Below are positions 50,170 to 60,302 of a stretch of 64,000 nucleotides of DNA, piece after piece. The stretch is taken from positions 1,856 through 65,855 of the forward strand of contig JANWYQ010000131.1 in NCBI GenBank assembly GCA_025055015.1, in the 5' to 3' direction. The notes under the pieces are model-generated. The model worked only from the letters and a program-made list of their open reading frames with translations, had not been told where the DNA came from and made no database searches. Numbering within the stretch: the first letter of the stretch is position 1; each line of letters begins with the position of its first letter. The translations under genes were made by a program, and so were the position numbers. The stretch comes from Caldilineales bacterium. Lineage in GTDB: Bacteria > Chloroflexota > Anaerolineae > JAAEKA01.

Positions 50170-52092
50170 ATGAAATCCCCCATCTTGCGAGCTTTGTCGT
50201 TCTCCCCACGGCGTCTGGCCGAGCTGTTGGGCCTGGCTCTGGCCCTGGCTTTAGTTGCCGGGTGCGCGCCGTCGCTGCCATCGGCGCCGGCGGATCAGCA
50301 GCCGTCCGCTGCCACCGCCAGCGCGACCGACCCGGCTCCGCTCCAGGGCGTCCCCGCCATCCCCAGCGACGATCCGCGCAGCAAGGGCTCGCCCGACGCG
50401 CCGGTGGTCATCGTGGAGTACTCCGACTTCCAGTGCCCGTATTGCAGCCGCTGGGTGCAGCAGACCTTCCCGACGATTTTGAAGGAGTACATCGAGACCG
50501 GGAAGGTGCGGCTGGTGTTCCGCGACTTTCCGCTGGACTTCCACCAGAATGCCCGCGGCGCGGCAGTAGCGACGCGCTGCGCCGCGGAGCAGGGCGCCTA
50601 CTGGCCCATGCACGACGCCCTGTTTGCCCGACAGGCTGAGTGGTCCGACCTGGCCGACCCGCGCGAGACCTTCGTCGGCTACGCCGGGGAGATCGGCCTG
50701 GACCGCGAGCAGTTCCGCACGTGCCTCGACAGCGGCCGGTTCGACCAGGCCATTGAGGACGACATCCAGGCCGGCCTGGCGGCCGGCGTCACCGGCACAC
50801 CCAGCTTCGTGATCAACGGCCAGCTGCTGGTGGGCGCGCAGCCGGCCTCCGCGTTCCGCAAAGCCCTGGACACGATCCTGGCGGGCGGCAGCATCGTGGA
50901 GCCCACGCCGACGCCGAACCTGGCCGCCCAGCCCACGCCCGTGACCGTGCCCCTGGGCAACGCGCCCGTCAAGGGCAGCCCCAACGCGCCCATCACCATC
51001 GTCGAGTACTCCGACTACCAGTGCCCCTTCTGTCAGCGCTTCACGCTGCAAACCCTGCCCGCGCTGCTGCAGGAGTACGTGGAAAAGGGCCAGGTGCGGC
51101 TGGTGTTCAAGGACTTCCCGTTGAACCAGATCCATCCCCAGGCGCAGAAGGCGGCTGAGGCTGCCCGCTGCGTGCGGGAGCTGGCCGGCAACGACGACGC
51201 CTACTGGCAGATGCACGACCTGCTCTTCGCCGGTCAGGGAGAGTGGTCCGGCCAGGCCAACGCCAACGCTATCTTCGCCGACTACGCGGTCCGGCTTGGG
51301 GTGGAGCGCAGCGCCTTCGATGCCTGCTTGAGCAGCGGCCGCCACGAGGCCGCGGTGCTGGCCGACCTGCAGGAGGGCCTCGAGCTAGGCGTACGGGGCA
51401 CCCCCACCTTCTTCATCAACGGCCAGATCTTCATGGGCGCGCAGCCGCTGCAGAACTTCCGCCAGGCCATCGCCACGGTGGCCGCCGGCGGCAACATCGT
51501 CCCGCCGCCAGAGCCGACCCCCACGCCGGTTCCGACGCCCGCGCCCCTGACCAGAGACGTGCCCCTGGACAACGCTGCCGGCATCAAGGGCCGGGCCGAC
51601 GCGCCGGTGACCATCGTGGAGTACACCGACTACCAGTGCCCCTTCTGCCAGCGCCACTTCCTGCAGACTATGCCGCAGCTCCAGCGCTACATTGACGAGG
51701 GCACTGTCAAGTACGTGGTCAAGGACTTTCCGTTGAACCAGATCCACCCGCAGGCGCAGAAGGCCGCCGAGGCCGCCCGCTGCGCCGGCGCGCAGGGCGC
51801 CTTCTGGGAGATGCACGACCTGCTGTTCAACCGGCAGCAGCAGTGGTCCGGCAAGGCCGACGCCGTGAACTTGTTCAAGGGCTACGCCCGCGAGCTCAGG
51901 CTGAACGAGCAGGCCTTTGCCGAGTGCCTGGACTCCGGCCAGTTCCAGGCCGTGGTCGAGCAGAACCTGATCGAGGGCGTTGAGTTCGGCGTGCGCGGCA
52001 CCCCCGGCTTCTTCGTGAACCGGGTGCCGCTGCCGGGCGCTTACCCCATCGAGTACTTCCAGGCGCTGATCGAACAGGCCCTGGGCCGCTGA
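50170..52092 (+). CDS. lipoprotein with three tandem DsbA-like thioredoxin-fold domains
   Basis: LVAGC lipobox. Three repeats of VxIVEYSD(F/Y)QCP(Y/F)C...VRLVF(R/K)DFPL...GV(T/R)GTP(S/T)F(V/F)INGQ, each about 190 aa. Confidence 0.8.
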   Translation: MKSPILRALSFSPRRLAELLGLALALALVAGCAPSLPSAPADQQPSAATASATDPAPLQGVPAIPSDDPRSKGSPDAPVVIVEYSDFQCPYCSRWVQQTFPTILKEYIETGKVRLVFRDFPLDFHQNARGAAVATRCAAEQGAYWPMHDALFARQAEWSDLADPRETFVGYAGEIGLDREQFRTCLDSGRFDQAIEDDIQAGLAAGVTGTPSFVINGQLLVGAQPASAFRKALDTILAGGSIVEPTPTPNLAAQPTPVTVPLGNAPVKGSPNAPITIVEYSDYQCPFCQRFTLQTLPALLQEYVEKGQVRLVFKDFPLNQIHPQAQKAAEAARCVRELAGNDDAYWQMHDLLFAGQGEWSGQANANAIFADYAVRLGVERSAFDACLSSGRHEAAVLADLQEGLELGVRGTPTFFINGQIFMGAQPLQNFRQAIATVAAGGNIVPPPEPTPTPVPTPAPLTRDVPLDNAAGIKGRADAPVTIVEYTDYQCPFCQRHFLQTMPQLQRYIDEGTVKYVVKDFPLNQIHPQAQKAAEAARCAGAQGAFWEMHDLLFNRQQQWSGKADAVNLFKGYARELRLNEQAFAECLDSGQFQAVVEQNLIEGVEFGVRGTPGFFVNRVPLPGAYPIEYFQALIEQALGR

Positions 52093-52211
52093 TCGCCCCG
52101 GCGTCCGGAACCAGGGCCGGCGGTCACGCCTGGGCGCAAGGGACGCTCCCCGTGCACTCCCGGGACGAGCCTGGAGTGCCGGCCCTGGCGTTTGCGACGA
52201 TTTCGGCTCCC

Positions 52212-52229
52212 TGTGACAAAGATCACAGC
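52212..52229 (+). promoter_or_regulatory. CRP/FNR-family binding site (TGTGA-N6-TCACA) with TACACT -10 about 22 nt downstream
   Basis: ctgtgacaaagatcacag. The spacing puts the site at about -41.5 relative to a start following the TACACT element at 52250-52255. About 120 nt upstream of ccmE. Confidence 0.5.
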
Positions 52230-52347
52230 ATTCGGCGGCCGGATCGTTTACACTGGGCGGCGACCTCCCAAGCCCAAGCGTGGAGCGCGAGGTTCGCCGC
52301 TGGAATGGGCACAGCGGCGGGAAGCATCGCTCTAGGAGCAAGGTCCC

Positions 52348-52836
52348 ATGTCTGACTACACTGTGCTGAAGTCTCCCCAGCTCGACGTGAAGCCCGCCAA
52401 TCGTCAGCTGAAGTTTCTCATCGGCGCGGTTATCCTCTTCGTGGCCATTGCCTACTTGGTGGTCAACGCCATTGGCAGCGCCGGCGCCTACTACATGACG
52501 GTGAGCGAGCTGCTGGCCTACGGCCCCCAGTACCAGGGCAAGAACGTGCGCGTCAGCGGCACCGTCGTGGAGAACTCGGTGGACTACAACGCCGCAGACT
52601 TGATTCTCAAGTTCAGCATCCAGGACGCCCACGGCCAGATCCCGGTGTACTTCCACGGCCCCAAGCCCGACAACTTCAACCACGCCGCTGAGGCGATTGT
52701 GGAGGGCAAGTACGGCGACGACGGCGTGCTCTACGCCAAGACGCTGTTGCTGAAGTGTCCATCCCGCTACGAGGACTACAACGGCCAGCAGGTGCCGGTG
52801 GACTACGAGGAAATCGAGGTCAAGTCCGTTGGCTAG
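52348..52836 (+). CDS. ccmE: cytochrome c-type biogenesis heme chaperone CcmE, variant with Cys in place of the heme-binding His (CxxxY)
   Basis: TM anchor, VRVSGTVV and FSIQDAHG OB-fold motifs. LLLKCPSRYEDY sits where E. coli has LAKHDENY. Confidence 0.8.
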   Translation: MSDYTVLKSPQLDVKPANRQLKFLIGAVILFVAIAYLVVNAIGSAGAYYMTVSELLAYGPQYQGKNVRVSGTVVENSVDYNAADLILKFSIQDAHGQIPVYFHGPKPDNFNHAAEAIVEGKYGDDGVLYAKTLLLKCPSRYEDYNGQQVPVDYEEIEVKSVG

Positions 52837-52929
52837 CCGCCCTGGCCGTGTAGCCGGGTGTTGTCGGCATCGTTTACCGGGGAGCGGTCGCCCAGGGCGG
52901 GCGACCGCCCCTCACGTCTGGACGGCGTC

Positions 52930-54807
52930 ATGGCTTTGTCACTTAGAACACGCTTGCGCCGGGTGGGCCAGGGGCTCTTCACGGTCGGCGTCCTGGCCGC
53001 GCTGGCTCTGGCCGGCGGCCTGCTTCTTTCGCCGGCCTCGAGCGAAGCCGTTGCTCCCGCCCAAGGCCCTGTCCAGCCCCCCTCCGCACGCGAGGGGCGG
53101 CTGATCTACGCCCAGAACTGCGCGCCTTGCCACGGCAACACCGGCTGGGGCGATGGGCCCGCGGCGGCGGAGCTGCCCAACCCGGCTACTGCTTTCGCCG
53201 ACCCGGCGGTCGCCCGTGCAGCCGTGCCGGCCGATTGGTTCGAAGTCACCAAGAACGGCCGCATCGAGCGGATGATGCCCCCCTGGCGGGATCAGCTGAG
53301 CGACCAGGAGATCTGGGACGCAGTGGCCTACGCCCTCAGCCTGCACACCACGCCCGCCGAGCTGGCGCAGGGACAACAGGTCTGGGAGGCGCAGTGCGCT
53401 GATTGCCACGGCCTCCAGGGGCAGGGCAACGGGCCCCAAGCCCTAGAGGCAGGCTGGACGCTGGCCAACCTGGCCGACCCCGACTACGCGGCCCAGCACT
53501 CCCTAGAGGCGTGGCACCAGGTCACTCGGCAAGGCAAGGGCCACATGCCGGCCTTCGAGGGTGTGCTGGCGCAGGACGCCATCTGGAACGCTGTGGCCTA
53601 CGCGCGCACCTTCAGCTTTGCGCCGGTGGTTCCGGTCTCCCTCCCGCGCGGGGAGGGCGTGATCCGCGGGGTGGTGACCAACGACACGCAGGGCGGCGCG
53701 CCGGTGGCCGGCCTGCAGGTGACGTTGCTTCCCTTCCTGGGCTCCGACGAGCTGCCGCCGCTGGTCTCCGCCGCCGACGGGAACGGCGCCTTTGCCTTCG
53801 CCGGCCTGCCCACCGGCCCCGACTACACCTACCTGCTGACGACGGAGTATAGCGGCGTGGAGTTCGCCAGCGCCGCCGTCACCTTGCACCAGGCCGCCCA
53901 GCAGGAGGTGAGGCTGCCGGTCTACGAGCCCAGCAGCACGCCGGGCCAGATCCGCATTGCGCTGGCGCAGTGGTTCGTGGACTACGAGCCGGGCTCGCTG
54001 CTGGTGGGCGAGCTCTATCGAGTGGAACACGTCAGCGACCGGGCCTTCGTCGGCGCGGCCGAGCTGGCGCCCGGCAAGCGCGAGGTGCTGCGCTTTCCGC
54101 TGCCCGCGGGCTATCGCAGCTTGGCCGTGGAGGGCGGCGAGATCGGCGATCGCTTCCTGCTGGCCGACGCCGCCGTGGTGGACACCCGGCCCTTGCCCCC
54201 CGGCGTCACCCAGTATTTGCTGCGCTATCGCCTCCCCTACCAGGGCAACCGCGTCGATCTGGCGCATCGTTTGGCCTATCCGGCCAGCCAGGTGAGGGTG
54301 TTGGTGGGGCCAGGGCCTGAGGTGCGCTCGTCCGTGCTCCAGCGGGTAGGTGTGCAGCCCATCGGCGACCGGGAGTTCACCGACTTCCGGGCCGACAGCC
54401 TGCCGGCTAACCAGGTGATCAGCCTGCAGTTCCGCAACCTCAGCCGCGTTCGGTCGGACCAGGCCTTCTCCACGGCGGTGCTGGCCTACTCGCCGGCGCT
54501 TTTGTTCGGCTTGGGCGGCGCTGCGGCTGTGTCCATGCTGGCGCTCCTGGCCCTGGCCGTGATCGCTCGGCCGCGGCGGGCGGGCCCGTCGGCTGTCGCC
54601 GGCGCACCGACGGACGGCGCATGGGATCCCCGGCTCCTGCAGGCCATCGCCGACCTCGACGATCGCCACGCTGCGGGCGAGCTGGACGACGAGGACTACG
54701 CGGCGCAGCGGGCGGCCTTGAAGCGGGCCCTGATCGCCCGCGCTGGCCTGGCTGCCTCGACCGCCGACCGGTCCCAGCCATCGGGTTCGGCAGGACAACC
54801 GGCGTGA
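52930..54807 (+). CDS. membrane-anchored diheme c-type cytochrome with central beta-rich domain and C-terminal TM helix
   Basis: Two CxxCH motifs (CAPCHG, CADCHG), a carboxypeptidase-regulatory-like middle domain and a C-terminal hydrophobic segment. Confidence 0.65.
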   Translation: MALSLRTRLRRVGQGLFTVGVLAALALAGGLLLSPASSEAVAPAQGPVQPPSAREGRLIYAQNCAPCHGNTGWGDGPAAAELPNPATAFADPAVARAAVPADWFEVTKNGRIERMMPPWRDQLSDQEIWDAVAYALSLHTTPAELAQGQQVWEAQCADCHGLQGQGNGPQALEAGWTLANLADPDYAAQHSLEAWHQVTRQGKGHMPAFEGVLAQDAIWNAVAYARTFSFAPVVPVSLPRGEGVIRGVVTNDTQGGAPVAGLQVTLLPFLGSDELPPLVSAADGNGAFAFAGLPTGPDYTYLLTTEYSGVEFASAAVTLHQAAQQEVRLPVYEPSSTPGQIRIALAQWFVDYEPGSLLVGELYRVEHVSDRAFVGAAELAPGKREVLRFPLPAGYRSLAVEGGEIGDRFLLADAAVVDTRPLPPGVTQYLLRYRLPYQGNRVDLAHRLAYPASQVRVLVGPGPEVRSSVLQRVGVQPIGDREFTDFRADSLPANQVISLQFRNLSRVRSDQAFSTAVLAYSPALLFGLGGAAAVSMLALLALAVIARPRRAGPSAVAGAPTDGAWDPRLLQAIADLDDRHAAGELDDEDYAAQRAALKRALIARAGLAASTADRSQPSGSAGQPA

Positions 54808-55517
54808 TCACCGTAGAACGGCTCACCAAGGCCTTCGGTCGGACGGTGGTGCTGCGGGACGTAAGCCTGCACGTGCCGGCCGGCGAGACCCTCGTCCTCT
54901 TTGGCCCCAACGGCGCGGGCAAGACCACCCTGGTGCGCATCATCGCCGGCTTGAGCCGGCCCACTGCGGGCTCCGTCACCCTGGGCGGCGTGGACGTGCG
55001 CCGGGCCGGCGAGGGGCTGCGGCGCTACGTGGGCGTGGTCTCCCACAACCCGCTGGTGTACGAGAGCCTCACCGGAGAGGAGAACCTGCGCTTCTTCGGC
55101 CGGCTCTACGAGGTGCCCAACTTGGCCGCGCGCGTGGACGAGGTGCTGGACCAGGTGGGGCTTCGGCCGCGTCGGCGGGACCTGGTGCGCACCTACAGCC
55201 GCGGCATGGTGCAGCGCCTGGCTATTGCGCGGGCCATCCTCCACGACCCGCCTATCCTGCTGCTGGACGAGCCGGACACGGGCCTCGACCAGCAGGCCGC
55301 CGACATGCTGCGCCGACTGTTGGTGGACCTGGGCAGCGACCGCCGCGCTGTGCTCTTTACCACCCACAACCTGGACCGCGGGATCGAGTGGGCGGACCGC
55401 GTGGCCATCCTCAGCGGCGGCCGGCTGCGGTTTGAGGCGCCGACCGCCGGCCTGAGCCCGGCCCAGATGCGCGAGGCCTACGCCGAGGCGGTGGCCGCAG
55501 CGAACCGAAAGGCCTGA
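54804..55517 (+). CDS. ccmA: heme exporter ABC ATP-binding protein CcmA
   Basis: GPNGAGKTT Walker A, LSRGMVQRLAIARA signature, LLLDEPDTGLD Walker B. GTG start overlaps the upstream stop. Confidence 0.8.
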   Translation: MITVERLTKAFGRTVVLRDVSLHVPAGETLVLFGPNGAGKTTLVRIIAGLSRPTAGSVTLGGVDVRRAGEGLRRYVGVVSHNPLVYESLTGEENLRFFGRLYEVPNLAARVDEVLDQVGLRPRRRDLVRTYSRGMVQRLAIARAILHDPPILLLDEPDTGLDQQAADMLRRLLVDLGSDRRAVLFTTHNLDRGIEWADRVAILSGGRLRFEAPTAGLSPAQMREAYAEAVAAANRKA

Positions 55518-55520
55518 GGC

Positions 55521-56192
55521 ATGGCTTTTCTGCGCAAGGTCCTGGCCATCGTGTGGAAAGATGTCACCGCGGAGCTGCGCACCAAGGACATCTTCAGCGC
55601 GATGGCGGTATTTGCCCTGCTGGCGACGGTCATCTTCCAGTATGCCTTCGATCTGCGGGCCGAGAACCTGCGCCTGGTGCTGCCCGGCGTGGTGTGGACC
55701 ACGGTCACCTTCTCCGGCGTGCTGGGCCTGAGCCGTTCCTTCATCCTGGAGCAGGACCGAGGGCTGCTGGAGGGGCTGCTGCTGGCCCCCATGGACCGCA
55801 GCGCCATCTACTTCGGCAAGCTCATCGGCAACCTGCTGTTCATCACGGCGGTGGAGCTGCTGCTGCTGCCGGCGCTGAGCATCCTGTTCGACGTCTGGCT
55901 GCTGACCCCGCCCATCCTGTTGTTTGTAGCCCTGGGCACCCTGGGCTTCGCAGCGGTAGGCACCCTCTTCTCGGCCGTCAGCATCAACACGCGGGCGCGC
56001 GAGGTGATGCTGCCCATCCTGCTGTTCCCGGTGATGGTGCCGGTGCTAATCGCAGGCGTGCGCGGGATCAGCGGGCTGTTGGACGGCGAGCCTCTGACGG
56101 ATCTGCTGCAATGGGTGCGTCTGTTGTTGGCGTACGACGTTGTCTTCACGACCACAGCGTTTCTGTTGTTTGACTACGTGGTAGAGGAGTGA
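55521..56192 (+). CDS. ccmB: heme exporter membrane protein CcmB
   Basis: Six TM helices and CcmB-family similarity. Sits between ccmA and ccmC. Confidence 0.7.
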   Translation: MAFLRKVLAIVWKDVTAELRTKDIFSAMAVFALLATVIFQYAFDLRAENLRLVLPGVVWTTVTFSGVLGLSRSFILEQDRGLLEGLLLAPMDRSAIYFGKLIGNLLFITAVELLLLPALSILFDVWLLTPPILLFVALGTLGFAAVGTLFSAVSINTRAREVMLPILLFPVMVPVLIAGVRGISGLLDGEPLTDLLQWVRLLLAYDVVFTTTAFLLFDYVVEE

Positions 56193-56198
56193 ACTGCC

Positions 56199-56963
56199 AT
56201 GGCATCCACGTCTGTACCTTCCAATCCACCTTCGAAGCGCTCTCGCAGCGACGCGGTGTGGACCGTCCTGACCGCGCTCGCAGCGGTGTCGGTCGCTGTC
56301 GCCCTTTATCTGTCGTTGGTGTGGGCGCCCACCGCCGTGAACTTCACCACCGAGACCGAGCGCCTGTCTCAGCGCATCTTTTACTTCCACGTAGCGTCCG
56401 GCTGGGTGGGCTTCTTCGCCTTCTTCGTGACCGCGGTGAGCGGCGCTGTCTACCTGATTACCCGCCGGCGGCGCTGGGACGCCGTCGCTCTCTCCTCCGC
56501 CGAGCTGGGCGTGACCTTCACCTTGGCCAACCTGTTCAGCGGCATGGTGTGGGCGCAGACCACCTGGGGCAAGCCCTATCCCATCGAGGACCCGCGCATC
56601 AACACCTCCACCATCGTGGTGCTCGTGTACATCGCCTATCTGATGCTGCGCAACGCCATCGCCGACCCGGAGCGCCGGGCGCGGCTGGCCTCGGTGTACG
56701 GCATCGTGGGCTTCCTGAGCGTGCCCATCACCTTCCTCTCCATTCGCATCTGGCGCACCATCCACCCGGCGGTGATCGGCACGGGCAGCGAGACGGCCCA
56801 GGGCGGCTTCGACCTAGCGCCTGACATGGTGGTAGCGCTGCTGTTCTCGATCTTCGCCTTCACGGTCATGTACGCTGCGCTGCTGCGCTGGCGCCTCAAG
56901 CTGGAGGACCTGCGAGACCAGGTGGACGGGCTGAAGGCGCTGGCGGCGGGCGGCGACCGATGA
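56199..56963 (+). CDS. ccmC: heme exporter protein CcmC
   Basis: Trp-rich periplasmic loop (VWAQTTWGKPY) and conserved His residues. CcmC family. Confidence 0.8.
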   Translation: MASTSVPSNPPSKRSRSDAVWTVLTALAAVSVAVALYLSLVWAPTAVNFTTETERLSQRIFYFHVASGWVGFFAFFVTAVSGAVYLITRRRRWDAVALSSAELGVTFTLANLFSGMVWAQTTWGKPYPIEDPRINTSTIVVLVYIAYLMLRNAIADPERRARLASVYGIVGFLSVPITFLSIRIWRTIHPAVIGTGSETAQGGFDLAPDMVVALLFSIFAFTVMYAALLRWRLKLEDLRDQVDGLKALAAGGDR

Positions 56964-57054
56964 TCGGTGGACCGTGAACGCTAAACGGTGAGCGGCAGCA
57001 CGGGAAGCAATCGGGCGCCGGCTTGTTACCTGATCGGAGGAAAGCCTCATCCAA

Positions 57055-57185
57055 TGTTTTACCTGACCCTTGGCATGATCATCTTCTGGGCCGTCACCTT
57101 CGTTTTTGTCTTCAGCGTGATGCGTCGGCAGCGGCGGCTGGAGGCGGAGGTGGAGGCCCTGCGCGAGGCCCTGCGCGAGGAGTAA
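57055..57185 (+). CDS. ccmD: heme exporter protein CcmD (small single-TM protein)
   Basis: 43 aa, one TM helix followed by a basic stretch. GGAGGAAAG ribosome-binding site. Lies between ccmC and ccdA. Confidence 0.5.
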
Positions 57186-57275
57186 CGCCCAGGCCTGGAC
57201 CCAACCGCTTTTCCGGGCCGCCCGACCGGCCAATGGGTGCGCGTGGTAGGGGTTGGCCTGTGGTCGTTGGGCGAG

Positions 57276-58341
57276 TATGGACGCACAGAACCTAAACCTG
57301 TTGTTGGCCTCCACCTTCGGGCTGGTGTCCTTCTTTTCGCCGTGTGTGCTGCCCCTGGTGCCGGTGTACCTGGGCTACCTGAGCGGCGCGGCGCTGGCCG
57401 GCGCCGACGACCGCGGCCAGGTGCCGCGCGGCCAGGTTGTGGCCCACGCGGCCGTGTTGGTGCTGGGGTTCAGCGTCGTCTTCATCGCCCTGGGCGCCCT
57501 GGGCGGCGGGCTGGGGTATCTGCTCAGCCAGGCTACTCCCTCCATCGTGCGCGTGGGCGGGGTCCTGCTGGCCGTGTTCGGCCTGCGGGTGGCGCACCTG
57601 CGCTGGCCGCGATGGGCGTGGCTGGTCCTGGCGGTGGGCCTGGGCCTGCTGGCCTGGCTGATCAACGTGCGGGAGACGGCGGTCAACCGCCTGCTGCAGG
57701 CGGCGCTCTTCGCTGCGGTCGGCTTGGCCGGCATGGCCTGGCCCTTGGCCGGGCACGTGGCCTTGGGAGGCGCTGCGGCGTTGCTCAACTTCCTGTCCAC
57801 GTGGAGCGGCTCGGCCGCGCTGTTGGGGGTGCCCGATCTGGGCGGCTTCTCCTCCACCCTCACGGCGATAGCCGAAAGCGGCCTGATCTGGCTGCTGGTG
57901 GCGTGGGCCAGCCGCACCGATCTGTTCTACGCGGAGAAGCGCTTCGACCTGGGCACGCCGCGCCGCACCGGCTACGGCACCTCCCTGCTGGTGGGCATGG
58001 TCTTCGCCGCCGGCTGGACCCCCTGTGTGGGGCCGATCCTGGCCAGCATCCTGGTGCTGGCCGCGTCGGAGCAGAGCGTGGGCCGCGGCGCGCTGCTGCT
58101 CACTTTCTACTCTATCGGCCTGGGCGTGCCCTTCCTGCTGGCCGGCCTGTTGTTCGGCAACCTGGCCTCCCTGCTGCCGAAGATCAGCCGGCACCTGCCG
58201 ACCATCACGGCGGTCAGCGGCCTGCTGTTGGCCGCGGTGGGCGTGTTGATCTACAACAACGGCTTGCAGCTTCTGGCCTCGATGGTGCCACAGGTGGAGC
58301 TGGAGACGTGGCTGTTGGGCGTGCTGGGGATGCAGGAGTGA
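57276..58341 (+). CDS. ccdA: cytochrome c biogenesis thiol-disulfide transporter CcdA/DsbD-TM family
   Basis: FSPCVLPLVP and GWTPCVGPIL conserved Cys motifs. Confidence 0.8.
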
Positions 58342-58354
58342 GCGGAGGAGCGCC

Positions 58355-58936
58355 GTGAGCACCAACCTTTGGCGACGGTTGACCTTGGCAGCGGCAGCGG
58401 CTTTGCTCGTCGTCGCGTTGAGCGCCGGGTGTGGAGGAGGCGGTGGGCCGGCCGCCAACAGCGGCGACGGCTCGCTTCCCGTGGCCTCCACGGCTCGGAT
58501 CGACAACCGCGGCCGGGGCCTGGAGAAGGGGGACCTGGCGCCGGACTTCGCCCTGTCCTACCCAGACGGCACCCGCACGCGCTTGAGCGACCTGAAGGGC
58601 CAGGCGGTGGTGATGAACTTCTGGGCCTCCTGGTGCGCGCCGTGCAAGGAGGAGATGCCCGGCTTCGCCAAGGCCCATCGCCGCTACAGCGACGAGGGGG
58701 TGGTCATCATCGGCATCAACGCGCAGGAGACCGCCGAGCAGGCGCAGAAGTTCCTCGACCAGGTGGCCGTTCCCTTCACCGTGGCCTTGGACACGCGCGG
58801 GGAGGTGATGCAGGCCTACAACGTGCGCGGGCTGCCGACCACCGTCTTCATAGACCGCGAGGGGCGCATTGCCGTTCGCTACGCCGGCCTGCTCAGCGAA
58901 CAGCAGCTGGAGGCCTTCATCGCCCAGATCAAGTGA
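58355..58936 (+). CDS. thiol-disulfide oxidoreductase ResA/TlpA/CcmG family lipoprotein
   Basis: LSAGC lipobox and WASWCAPCKEE active site. Confidence 0.8.
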   Translation: MSTNLWRRLTLAAAAALLVVALSAGCGGGGGPAANSGDGSLPVASTARIDNRGRGLEKGDLAPDFALSYPDGTRTRLSDLKGQAVVMNFWASWCAPCKEEMPGFAKAHRRYSDEGVVIIGINAQETAEQAQKFLDQVAVPFTVALDTRGEVMQAYNVRGLPTTVFIDREGRIAVRYAGLLSEQQLEAFIAQIK

Positions 58937-58949
58937 GCGCTCCTTTCCC

Positions 58950-59204
58950 ATGCCCGTCCTTGTGACCCTTTACACCCGGCCCGGCTGTCACCTATGCCAG
59001 GATGTCCTAGAGGACCTGCGGCTGTTGGCCGGCGAGATGGACGTGCAGGTACAGACCGTGGACATCTCGGCCGACCCTGACCTGCTGGCTCGCTACCAGC
59101 ATTTGATCCCCGTGGTGGACGTGCAGGGCGGACCCTTGCTGACGCCGCCCCTGGCCTTGCCCCAGCTGCGCCAGGCCCTGCGATCCGTGCAGCCTCCAGG
59201 ATAG
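58950..59204 (+). CDS. glutaredoxin-like small thioredoxin-fold protein
   Basis: LYTRPGCHLCQDV CxxC near the N-terminus. About 85 aa. Confidence 0.5.
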   Translation: MPVLVTLYTRPGCHLCQDVLEDLRLLAGEMDVQVQTVDISADPDLLARYQHLIPVVDVQGGPLLTPPLALPQLRQALRSVQPPG

Positions 59205-59213
59205 GACGTCGGA

Positions 59214-59876
59214 ATGGCCTCCAGAGCCTCTGCGGTTGACCGCTCATCCCTCTCGCGCGAGGACAGCTTGGTGCTTTGGATCACCCGGCACTGGCTGGCG
59301 CTGTTGAACCTGGCGATCTTCGCGTACCTGGCGCTGGCGTTCCTGGCGCCCCTGCTCATGCACTGGGGCGCGGCCGGCCCGGCCCGGCTGATCTACCTGG
59401 TCTACAGCTTCGCCTGTCACCAGCTGCCCGACCGCTCCTACTTCCTGTTCGGCCAGCGGCTGGTGTATCCTCTCCCCGAGCTGGAGGCGCTGAACGTGCT
59501 GCCCGGCCTGGGCATCCTGGAGCGGCGCCATTTCATCGGCAACGAGGAGATGGGCTGGAAGGTTGCGCTGTGCCAGCGCGACGTGGCCATCTACGGCGCG
59601 CTGCTGGCGGGCGGCCTCCTGTTCGGGGTGTTGCGCCGGCGGATGGCGCGGCTGCCGTGGAAGGTGTTCCTGTTGTGTCTGCTGCCCATCGGGGTGGATG
59701 GGGTGACCCAGCTGGTCGGCCTGCGCACCAGCACCTGGTGGCTGCGCACGCTGACCGGCGGCCTGTTCGGCCTGGCCACGGCGTGGCTGGCGCTGCCCTA
59801 CGTCGAGGAGGCCATGAACGACGTTCGTTTTGGCCTGCTGCGCAAACTGGACAAGATTCGACGTCCTGGGGTATAA
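59214..59876 (+). CDS. DUF2085 membrane protein
   Basis: FACHQLPDRS motif and 4 TM helices. Confidence 0.5.
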   Translation: MASRASAVDRSSLSREDSLVLWITRHWLALLNLAIFAYLALAFLAPLLMHWGAAGPARLIYLVYSFACHQLPDRSYFLFGQRLVYPLPELEALNVLPGLGILERRHFIGNEEMGWKVALCQRDVAIYGALLAGGLLFGVLRRRMARLPWKVFLLCLLPIGVDGVTQLVGLRTSTWWLRTLTGGLFGLATAWLALPYVEEAMNDVRFGLLRKLDKIRRPGV

Positions 59877-59992
59877 TCGGCTTCGCTGGCCGCAAGCCCC
59901 TGTGGGGGCGCGGCCAGCCGTCGTGTTTGAAGAGGTCGCCGTCCGCCGGCGTCAGAGAAATCGGTTTTACTAGCCAACTGTTTGGAGGCATT

Positions 59993-60266
59993 TGTGGCTA
60001 ACCATCGTTCCGCTCTCAAGCGCATCCGCTCGTCCGAGCGAAAGCGCCAACGCAACCGCATCGTGCGCGGCCGCGCCCGCACCTTCGTCAAGAAGGCCAA
60101 GCTGTACATCGCTGCCGGCAACACCGCTGAGGCTGAGGCCGCGGTAATAGCGGCGATCTCGGCCTTGGACAAGGCGGCCGAGAAGGGCGTGATCCACAAG
60201 AACAACGCGGCTCGGCGCAAGTCCCGCCTGATGCGCGCGCTCAACAAGGCCAAGGCGGCGGCGTAG
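59993..60266 (+). CDS. rpsT: 30S ribosomal protein S20
   Basis: ANHRSALKRIRSSERKRQRN...HKNNAARRKSRL. GGAGG ribosome-binding site, GTG start. Confidence 0.9.
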
Positions 60267-60302
60267 GTCCTCTGCGCAGGCGCTGCGCCTCTTCCGTGAA
60301 GA

